Translations under genes and position numbers: made by a program
The notes under the pieces: model-generated
What the model was told of the DNA's origin: nothing
The model's database searches: none
What the model saw: the letters and a program-made list of their open reading frames with translations, nothing else
Shown: positions 27,805-35,511 of the stretch, in pieces
Layout of the letters: every line of letters begins with the position of its first letter
How positions within the stretch are numbered: the stretch's first letter is position 1
NCBI GenBank assembly: GCA_004297445.1
Contig: SCUK01000052.1
Coordinates: forward strand, 9,159 to 73,158
Length of the DNA stretch: 64,000 nucleotides
Source of the DNA: Anaerolineae bacterium
Lineage (GTDB): Bacteria; Chloroflexota; Anaerolineae; Anaerolineales; UBA11579
Direction: 5' to 3'

Positions 27805-29940
27805 ATGAAATCGCCCCTGAAACTCGTGCTACGGCTGGCAGGCGTGGCGTTGGTCGCCTGGGCAGCGTGGGGCCTGCGCGCCCATGCCGTTGCGGAATTG
27901 CCGCCAGACTACGACGAAGACGATTACCTGCGCGCGGCACAGTTGTACGCTGACGGCCTGCGCGCCGGGGATTGGCGTATCCTTACCGAAGTCAATTACC
28001 GCGAAGAACATCCCCCACTGGCAAAAGTCCTGTATGCGCTGCCGCTGGCCAGCCTGGAGCCCGCCGCAGAAATCCCGGACCGCCCTACCAGCGCCGGGCC
28101 GGCGCACGACCTGCCGCCGGAGTACCTGGAGGAAGCGCGTGCCCAGGCGGCGCGTTTCGGCACGTTGGAGGCCATCCTCCTGGCGCTGGTGAACCCGCTT
28201 GCGGGTCTGTTCCTGGCGGTGCATTCCTTTACCATCAAGTACCAATCCCAGGTGATGCTGGAAGCCCTGCCGGCACTGACCAGCGCGGCGCTGGTGCTGG
28301 CCTACGAGCGTTCGCGCGTGTGGGAGACGGGGCGCGCCAGCGGCTGGCTGGCGGCTTCGGCCGTGCTGCTGGGGCTGACGGCGGCCGGAAAATATATCTA
28401 CGCGGTGGCGGGCGTGGCGGCGCTGGCACACTGGCTGTGGCACGGGCGCGGTAGCTTGCGCAAAACTCTGCCGCTGGCGCTGGGCTGGGGGGCGGTTTCG
28501 CTGGTGGTGTTCTTCGGTGCCAATCCGTACCTGTGGCCGGACCCGCTGGGGCGATTGAGCGCTTCGGTGCTGTACCATGCGGGCTATGCCACCGGCGCGG
28601 CCGAAGTGGAGAGCGCGGGGTTCCCGGTGTGGCAACCGCTCGTGTGGCTGTTCGGTTCTGTGCCGTGGCATCCGGGGGCGATCCTGATATTGGCGGACCT
28701 GCCCATCACGCTGCTGGCGTTGTTCGGGCTGCGGCGCACGGCCAGTTCGCGGCCGGTGTTCCTGTGGTGGCTGGCGGTAGCCCTGTTGTTCCTGTTCCTG
28801 TGGCCCACCAAGTGGCCGCAGTACATCTTAGTACTCACCTTCCCGCTGGCGTTTGCCGCGGCCGAAGGCGCGCGGGCGCTGGTCTGGGAACCGCTGACGG
28901 CGGCGTGGCGCGCCCGCGGGACACGCCAACCCCGAATACACGCCCGCCGCGGCGAAGCGGCGCGCGCCGCGCTGTGGCTGCTGCCGGGCGTGGTGGCCGT
29001 AACAGTCATCACCTTCTTCCCGTTGCTGTTCCAGAGCGGCATGATGCTGACCGACTTCAACGCGCGTTCCATACGCGACGGGTTGCAGGGCGGCGTGAGC
29101 CGCGCGGCACTGGCGGGCCTCACCGGCCAGGTGGAACCGCCCGAAGAGTATTCGTTTTGGGAACCCGGCCGCGGCCAGGAGGTGAGCTATGTGGGGTTCC
29201 GCCAGTTCTTTGAAGTGCTCAACGGCATCCCGGATGTGTGGGTGTTCAATCTATTATGGATGATTCTCTCGGTAGCATTGCAGGTGGCGCTGGGCATGGG
29301 CGTGGCGTTGCTGCTGCACACGCGCGGCCTGCGCGGCCGCCCGGTGTGGATGGCGCTGTTCCTGCTGCCGTGGGCCATCCCGGAGTTCGTGGGCGTGCTG
29401 TCCTGGATCCAGGTATTCAGTCCGGACAGCGGCTGGGTGGGGCTGGCGGCCAGCGGCTCGTTTGGGCAGACCAACGGCAACCCGTTCGCAGCGGCCGTGA
29501 CGCAATGGACCAACGACCCCAACCTGGCGATGCTGGTGCTGTTGCTGGTGGGCCTGTGGATGGGCTGGCCACTCATCATGCTGGCCGCCTCGGCGGGGCT
29601 GCGTTTGCTACCGCGCGAAGTATATGAGGCGGCCGAACTGGACGGCGCGGGCGGCTGGCAGGTATTCCGCACCATCACCTGGCCGCTGCTGTTCCCCCTG
29701 CTCACGCCGATCATCCTGCTACGGGCCATTTCGGCGTTCAACCAGTTCTACCTGTTCTGGGTATTCAACCCGCCTTGGCCAGTCCTCACAGCCTCCTCGC
29801 TTTCCTATTATCTTTTCCGCTACGATAACCTGTACGCCGGTTCCGCGACAGTCAATATGATCACGGTACTGATTCTGGCCGGGATGATCGTGTGGTTCGC
29901 CCGCAGCACCCGCGCCGGCGAGGGAGTGACCTATGCTTAG
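27805..29940 (+). CDS. fusion protein: GT-C (ArnT/PMT_2-like) membrane glycosyltransferase domain plus MalF/UgpA-type ABC permease
   Basis: ATG 27805; residues ~30-80 DYDEDDYLRAAQLYADGLRAGDW...NYREEHPPLAKVLY, then about 9-10 hydrophobic segments; from about residue 380 RRGEAARAALWLLPGVVAVTVITFFPLL..., YVGFRQFFEVL, EAA loop EAAELDGAGGWQVFRTITWPLLFP. Confidence 0.75.
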   Translation: MKSPLKLVLRLAGVALVAWAAWGLRAHAVAELPPDYDEDDYLRAAQLYADGLRAGDWRILTEVNYREEHPPLAKVLYALPLASLEPAAEIPDRPTSAGPAHDLPPEYLEEARAQAARFGTLEAILLALVNPLAGLFLAVHSFTIKYQSQVMLEALPALTSAALVLAYERSRVWETGRASGWLAASAVLLGLTAAGKYIYAVAGVAALAHWLWHGRGSLRKTLPLALGWGAVSLVVFFGANPYLWPDPLGRLSASVLYHAGYATGAAEVESAGFPVWQPLVWLFGSVPWHPGAILILADLPITLLALFGLRRTASSRPVFLWWLAVALLFLFLWPTKWPQYILVLTFPLAFAAAEGARALVWEPLTAAWRARGTRQPRIHARRGEAARAALWLLPGVVAVTVITFFPLLFQSGMMLTDFNARSIRDGLQGGVSRAALAGLTGQVEPPEEYSFWEPGRGQEVSYVGFRQFFEVLNGIPDVWVFNLLWMILSVALQVALGMGVALLLHTRGLRGRPVWMALFLLPWAIPEFVGVLSWIQVFSPDSGWVGLAASGSFGQTNGNPFAAAVTQWTNDPNLAMLVLLLVGLWMGWPLIMLAASAGLRLLPREVYEAAELDGAGGWQVFRTITWPLLFPLLTPIILLRAISAFNQFYLFWVFNPPWPVLTASSLSYYLFRYDNLYAGSATVNMITVLILAGMIVWFARSTRAGEGVTYA

Positions 29941-30781
29941 GAGTACCCCGCTGGGCCGCGGCGGCGCCTACCTGCTTCTGGGGGTGGTGGCGGTATTCGT
30001 GCTGCTACCCATCTGGGGGCTGTTCAATGTGGCGCTGGATGGCTCGCTGAAAGGCGCACCGGTCGAATTACGTTTCGTACCCAAGGAGCCGTCGCTGGAA
30101 GCCTTCCGCAGCGTGTGGAATGAACCGGCGCAATCGTTGAATTTTCTGGGCTTGCTGCGCAACAGCCTGGTGGTCTCCGGCGGCGCGGCGCTGGTTTCGG
30201 TGGGGTTCGGGTTGAGCGCGGCGTACGCCTTTGCCCGTTTCCGCTTTCCCGGCCGCGGGCCGGGCCTGTTCCTGCTGCTACTGGGCACGCTGTTGCCACC
30301 GGTGGCATTGATGACGCCGCTGTGGTTGCTGCTTTCCATGCTTGGATTGCGCACATCCTTGCTGGGACTGATGCTGGTGTACACGGCGTTCGCCATGCCA
30401 TTCTGCATCTGGACGATGCGCGCCGCGTTCCAGGCTATCCCGCTTGAACTTGAAGAAGCCGCCCTGCTGGATGGCGCCAGTACGCTGGTGACATTCGTGC
30501 GGGTCAGCCTGCCGCTGGCGTTGCCGCCGATTGCGGTGGCGGCGCTGATTGCTTTCGTGCTGGGCTACTCGGAATTCGCCATCGGCTGGCTGTTCGTGGA
30601 GAGCGCCCAGAATGTGACGCTGGCGATGGGCATCTCCGGCCTGATGGATCTGGGCCGGCCATGGAGCGCGACCGCCGCCCTGGCCCTGCTGATGAGCCTG
30701 CCAGTGGTCATTCTGTTCCTTCTGCTGCGGCGCTGGCTGCTTACCGGCCTGTCGTTGGGCACCATTCAGGAAGAGGAGTAA
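29933..30781 (+). CDS. carbohydrate ABC transporter permease (MalG-type)
   Basis: 282 aa; 8-nt overlap with the upstream gene; EAA loop EEAALLDGASTLVTFVRVSLPLALP; six hydrophobic segments. Confidence 0.85.
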   Translation: MLRSTPLGRGGAYLLLGVVAVFVLLPIWGLFNVALDGSLKGAPVELRFVPKEPSLEAFRSVWNEPAQSLNFLGLLRNSLVVSGGAALVSVGFGLSAAYAFARFRFPGRGPGLFLLLLGTLLPPVALMTPLWLLLSMLGLRTSLLGLMLVYTAFAMPFCIWTMRAAFQAIPLELEEAALLDGASTLVTFVRVSLPLALPPIAVAALIAFVLGYSEFAIGWLFVESAQNVTLAMGISGLMDLGRPWSATAALALLMSLPVVILFLLLRRWLLTGLSLGTIQEEE

Positions 30782-30786
30782 TCATC

Positions 30787-31962
30787 GTGAGCAGCAGCCC
30801 GCTCCTTAACCTGGCGCAGATGCGGCTTTCCGACGCGCTGGAAACGGATGTGACCCTGACCACCTCCGGCACGCTGGACAGCCAGCATGCGATGCTGCGC
30901 TGCCGTGTGGAAGGGCCGGGGCATGTGCCGGAGAGTATCATCATCAAGCAGTTCACCCGGCAGGAAGACAATGCCGAGGGCGTGCGGCGTTTCCGCAATG
31001 AGTGGGCGGCGATGGAGTTCCTCAGCGGGCTGGGTCTGCAACTCTCGCCCAACCTGCTGCTGGGCGACCCGGCCGCCAATCTTATGATCATTGAAGACCT
31101 GGGCGTACGGCCCACGGTGCAGGACCTGCTGTTTGAGCCCAATTCCCAGAATGCCGAAGAGGCGCTGGTGGAACTGGGCACCTGCCTGGGCCGCCTGCAC
31201 GCCGCCACCGCCGGCCGCGAAGAAGAGTTTGCCGCCCTGCAAGCGCGGCTGGGCGCCCGTGCGCCGGTGAGCGATTCGAGCCTGGACCTGCGCCACCGCT
31301 GGGAGACCATCGAAGATTGTTTCGCCGGGCTGGGCATCCCCCTGGGCGCGGACTTTGCCGGGGCGGCGGCGGAGATGGAATCCTGGCTGCACGGCGTGCA
31401 CCCGTTACGCGCTTTGGCGCACTGCGATGCCGGCGTGCACAACTTCCTTTGGATGGACCCCGGTGTGCGGCTGATGGATTTTGAGTTTGCCTCCTATGAA
31501 TGCGCCCTGTTGGACGTGGTGCCGGCGCGGCTGGGGTTCCCGCCCTCCTTCCGCAGCCGGCGTGTGCCGCCGGAACTGGTGGCGCGGCTGGAAGCCAACT
31601 ACCGCACCGAACTGGGCAAGGCGCTGCCGGCGGCGTGGGAAGACGACTTGTTCCAGACCGCGCTGGTGGATGCCTGCGCCCACTGGGCGCTGAGCCGGGT
31701 GGAAGGCATCTGGCGCAATTACCTCAAGATGATGGTGGAAGAAGGCGAAGAGCGCGCCCGCGAGACCGTGGGCGTGGCGGATGAGCGCATCCAGGTGTAC
31801 CGGGCCAAAGTGTTTACCTACGTAAGCGGATTCGTGGCGGCTGCCGCAGAGTTCGAGCGCGCCGATGCCCTGCGCAAGCCGCTCAAGGCGCTGCTGGGCG
31901 AGTTCAAGAAACTGTGGCCGGATATCGCGCCGGTGGACGTGTACGCGGCGTTGGCGGAGTAG
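30787..31962 (+). CDS. APH-fold phosphotransferase (kinase) family protein
   Basis: GTG 30787, 7 nt after GGAAGAGGAG; nucleotide-Lys context ESIIIKQF, catalytic loop LAHCDAGVHNFLW, metal-binding LMDFEFA; start codon uncertain. Confidence 0.7.
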   Translation: MSSSPLLNLAQMRLSDALETDVTLTTSGTLDSQHAMLRCRVEGPGHVPESIIIKQFTRQEDNAEGVRRFRNEWAAMEFLSGLGLQLSPNLLLGDPAANLMIIEDLGVRPTVQDLLFEPNSQNAEEALVELGTCLGRLHAATAGREEEFAALQARLGARAPVSDSSLDLRHRWETIEDCFAGLGIPLGADFAGAAAEMESWLHGVHPLRALAHCDAGVHNFLWMDPGVRLMDFEFASYECALLDVVPARLGFPPSFRSRRVPPELVARLEANYRTELGKALPAAWEDDLFQTALVDACAHWALSRVEGIWRNYLKMMVEEGEERARETVGVADERIQVYRAKVFTYVSGFVAAAAEFERADALRKPLKALLGEFKKLWPDIAPVDVYAALAE

Positions 31963-32013
31963 CCGTTCCGAATATGTGGCAAGGTTCGCCTGATGATGTG
32001 GTTTGTTGGTTGT

Positions 32014-32040
32014 GCAGGGTCGAGCTTAGCTCGACCCTGC
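32014..32040 (+). terminator. intrinsic terminator after the kinase gene
   Basis: 12-bp stem GCAGGGTCGAGC-tta-GCTCGACCCTGC followed by TTTCAC. Confidence 0.65.
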
Positions 32041-32375
32041 TTTCACAGCCGGTGCAGGAATTAGAACCCACTTTCAAAGTCATCGAGCATTCATTTGCAA
32101 TATTTTTCACAATCTGGTAAACTCTGAATACCACCTCCTTTCTGCATGAAGAGACCTGCCCCCTCCTCGGCCGGTCTCTTCTATTTCTCCGAGCCTGATG
32201 GCCGGTGCAGTTGGGCTTTTGCCGCCAATAAGCCAATTCCAATTTCGGACAAATAAAATCATATTTCTCCGCGATGCGGGACATGTGTCCTTGCATGTAA
32301 AGGGCATCTGCAACTGCGGATTCAGGGGATCAAGCCTTTTAATAAGACAGCAGAAACCCATCAGGAGCGTGATAA

Positions 32376-33815
32376 ATGCAAGCCATTCCCGGAGACCTCC
32401 TCGCCATAGACCGCCAGGGCCGCGCCAAGACTCCTTCTTTGAATCTGGAGTTGCGCAATTCCACCCAGCGGGTGTGCGATTTTGACGAAGTCCTTTTGCC
32501 CTTCTCGCCTGAGCAGGCCATCTTTGAGGCGGCGCGCTGTATCCATTGCCCGGACCCGGCGCCGTGTGTGCGCGCCTGCCCGGCCGAAAATGACATCCCC
32601 TCGGCGATGTGGCTGATTGAGCAGGGTCGTTTCCTGGATGCCGCCGACCTGTACCGCCAGACCAGCAGCATGCCGGAAATCTGCTCGCGGGTGTGCCCGC
32701 ACGAAGCACTATGCCAGGGGTCGTGCGTGATGGGCAAGCACGAAGAGCCGGTGCAGACCGGTATGCTGGAACGGTTCGTGACCGACTACCAGCGCTACGT
32801 CGGCGAACTGAGCATTGATGTGGCTGAACCGACCGGCAAGCGAGTGGCGGTTATCGGCGCGGGACCTTCCGGCATTGCCTGCGCCGAACAACTGGCGCGC
32901 GCCGGTCATGACGTGACCATTTTCGACGCCAAGCCCCAGCCGGGCGGCCTGCTGCTGTATGGCATCCCCAATTTCAAACTTGAAAAAGACGTTGTGTTCG
33001 CCCGGGTCGATGACCTGTTCCGCATGGGCGTGAAATTCGTCGGCAATACGTTCATCGGCCGCGACAAGACCATTGACCAGCTGGAGGCGGAAGGCTTCCA
33101 GGCATTCTATATCGCCACCGGCACCTGGATTGACTCGCCCATGAATGTGGACGGCGAAAACCTGCCGGGCGTGTGGAAGGGTACCGAGTTCCTCATCCGC
33201 GCCAATGTTAAGACGGCCTATCTGCCGGACGATATGAAAGACCGGCCGGAAATCGGCAAGAAGGTCGTGGTCATCGGCGGCGGCGACACCGCCAGCGACT
33301 GCCTGCGCACCGCGCTGCGCATGGGCGCCGAAGAGGTGACCTGCGTGTACCGCCGCACCGAAAATGAAATGCCGGGCGGCAGCAAGGACCGCAAGCTGGC
33401 CCGCGAAGAGGGCGCCAGTTACCAGTTCCTCACCCAGCCGTTGCGCTTCATCGCCGGTTCGGACGGCCACCTGGCTGCCATCGAGTGCATGCGCATGGAA
33501 CTGGGCGAGCCGGATGCCAGCGGCCGCCGCAAGCCGATGCCGGTGGAAGGCAGCGAGTTCCTGATTGAAGCCGACACCGCCATCCTGGCGTTGGGCTACT
33601 GGCCGGACGAAACCATCGGAAAGACCACGCCGCAGTTGGAAACGCACAAATACGGCCTGATCGTGACCGGCAAGACCACCGGGCAAACCACCCGGCCGGG
33701 CGTGTACGCCGGCGGCGACGCCGTGACCGGCCCGGATCTGGTGGTGACCGCCATGACGGCCGGACGACGAGCCGCCGAGGCGATCGACTCTTACTTACGA
33801 ACCAGGGTGAACTGA
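32376..33815 (+). CDS. gltD: glutamate synthase small-subunit-like NAD(P)H oxidoreductase
   Basis: 479 aa; AGGAG RBS; N-terminal Fe-S motifs CIHCPDPAPCVRACP and CSRVCPHEALCQGSC; dinucleotide folds VAVIGAGPSGIACA and VVVIGGGDTASDC. Confidence 0.85.
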   Translation: MQAIPGDLLAIDRQGRAKTPSLNLELRNSTQRVCDFDEVLLPFSPEQAIFEAARCIHCPDPAPCVRACPAENDIPSAMWLIEQGRFLDAADLYRQTSSMPEICSRVCPHEALCQGSCVMGKHEEPVQTGMLERFVTDYQRYVGELSIDVAEPTGKRVAVIGAGPSGIACAEQLARAGHDVTIFDAKPQPGGLLLYGIPNFKLEKDVVFARVDDLFRMGVKFVGNTFIGRDKTIDQLEAEGFQAFYIATGTWIDSPMNVDGENLPGVWKGTEFLIRANVKTAYLPDDMKDRPEIGKKVVVIGGGDTASDCLRTALRMGAEEVTCVYRRTENEMPGGSKDRKLAREEGASYQFLTQPLRFIAGSDGHLAAIECMRMELGEPDASGRRKPMPVEGSEFLIEADTAILALGYWPDETIGKTTPQLETHKYGLIVTGKTTGQTTRPGVYAGGDAVTGPDLVVTAMTAGRRAAEAIDSYLRTRVN

Positions 33816-34186
33816 GCTATCTGCTACCGCAGACGGAGCGCGCCGCTCATCACAGCCTCACCGCTGCCTGCTATCGCTCTCCGACACTGACGCATCGCTG
33901 ATGCCAGCATCGCAACTGCACTGACGAGTTCACCTTTTGTTCACTCCTTTTGGGTAGAGCGGCCCCGCGCAAGCGGGGTCGCTCGATTCAAGGGGACAGT
34001 GAGTGGGGATTAGGAATCAGGAATTGGTTATTCATACATCGTTATTCGATATTCGAATCCTTGCCTCGAAACCATTCGCTCATTGACCGCGCGGACCAGG
34101 GACAAAGAACAAAGGACTGTAACACTGCCGCACTTCAGAACTTCCACACTTCCGCACACCCCATCGTTTGCGGCTAAAATAACTGA

Positions 34187-35182
34187 ATGATGGAAAACTG
34201 GGGCCTGCTGGGCCATGAATGGGCGGTGGACCTGTTGCGCAAGCACGTGGTGAATGGCCCGCGCCATGCGTACCTGTTCACCGGCCCGCAGGGCGTGGGG
34301 CGGCGCACGCTGGCGCTGCGGTTTGCGCAGGCGCTGAACGCCGAAGCCGCCCCTGCCCCGGGCGAGTTTGACCCGGCCAGCCGCACCAGCCAGCAAATCG
34401 AGCGCATGCAACACCCGGATTTGAGCGTGGTGCAGGTAGCGGAAGACCGTCGCGACATCCTGATTGACCAGATTCGCGAGCTGGGGCGCGGGCTGGCGCT
34501 CTCGCCGTACATGGCGCGCTGGAAAATCGCACTGTTGCTGAATTTCGAACACGCCAACGAGAACGCCCAGAACGCCCTGCTGAAAACGCTGGAAGAACCG
34601 CCGGCGCGGGTGATCCTGTTGATGACGGCGGAAAGCGCCGAGGCGCTGCTGCCGACGATTTCGTCGCGTTGTGAAGTGTTGCGCCTGCGGCCGATGGCGG
34701 CGGGGGCGCTGGCAGCCGGGTTGGAACGGACGGCGGGCGTAGCGGCGGCGCAGGCAGGACTGCTGGCGCATGTTTCGGCGGGGAAACCGGGGGCCGCGCT
34801 GCGCTTGAACGGCCAACCGGACGCGCTGGCGCGCCGCAATACCTGGCTGGATGGCCTGGCGGAGGCTCTGGCCGGCGGGCCGGTGGCGCGCTTTGCCTAT
34901 GCCCATGAATTAAGCAAAGACAAGGCGACCCTGATGGGCGCGCTGGACGTGTGGCTGTCGTTGTGGCGGGACGTGATGATTCAGGCGGCCGGGGCAGGCG
35001 CGGCGCTGGCGAACCCGGACCGCGCCGCGCAGGTGGATGCGCTGGCCGCGGGCGTGGGGCTGGCGGCGGCACGGCGGGCAGCGGCGGCGGTGGAACGCAC
35101 GGCCGGGTTGTTGCAGCAGACGAACGTGAACGCCCGCCTAGCGGCGGAAGTGCTGTTGATGGAGATGCCGGGAACGACGTAG
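34187..35182 (+). CDS. holB: DNA polymerase III delta' subunit
   Basis: 331 aa; GHEWAVDLLRKHVVNGPRHAYLFTGPQGVGRRTLA..., NALLKTLEEPP, SRC motif ISSRC. Confidence 0.85.
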   Translation: MMENWGLLGHEWAVDLLRKHVVNGPRHAYLFTGPQGVGRRTLALRFAQALNAEAAPAPGEFDPASRTSQQIERMQHPDLSVVQVAEDRRDILIDQIRELGRGLALSPYMARWKIALLLNFEHANENAQNALLKTLEEPPARVILLMTAESAEALLPTISSRCEVLRLRPMAAGALAAGLERTAGVAAAQAGLLAHVSAGKPGAALRLNGQPDALARRNTWLDGLAEALAGGPVARFAYAHELSKDKATLMGALDVWLSLWRDVMIQAAGAGAALANPDRAAQVDALAAGVGLAAARRAAAAVERTAGLLQQTNVNARLAAEVLLMEMPGTT

Positions 35183-35303
35183 GATCTGGGAGTCTTTGGG
35201 TTTGGAAGGTGCGGAAGGATGAGGATGAGCCCCTAGTCCGTTAGGAAAGGGTCGCGATTAGGATTTGCTTTCCAGAGAATCGGTCTGAAAATAGTGCTGA
35301 GCG

Positions 35304-35329
35304 GGATTCCTCGCTGCGCTCGGAATGAC
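35304..35329. repeat. REP-like palindromic element (ATTCC-TCGCTGCGCTC-GGAAT core)
   Basis: gggattcctcgctgcgctcggaatgac; 21-nt core identical to 61106-61126. Confidence 0.75.
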
Positions 35330-35511
35330 AAAGGTGGGCATTTGAATCTGAGCAAAGATACTTCATTATCCCATTACATCGTTAATCACGATATTTTTCT
35401 AAATAATTATATACAGCAAAATATTTTGCTATTCGTTGGCATGGACCTGAATCAGGGCGTGTATTCTGCCCTGCCCTTCCCATGCTATACTCGTCTTAAT
35501 TTGGCGCTTCT

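Noticed and set aside
31963-32375. Small ORFs and a possible regulatory RNA in the low-G+C spacer upstream of gltD
   Set aside because: The track ORFs there are short, overlapping and compositionally odd. Beyond two terminator-like hairpins (32014-32040, and about 32149-32185) I saw no conserved ncRNA signature.
34140-35222. CTTCCGCAC 9-mer in inverted orientation on both sides of holB as terminal inverted repeats
   Set aside because: A 9-nt match with no extension. Matches of this length are expected by chance in 64 kb.
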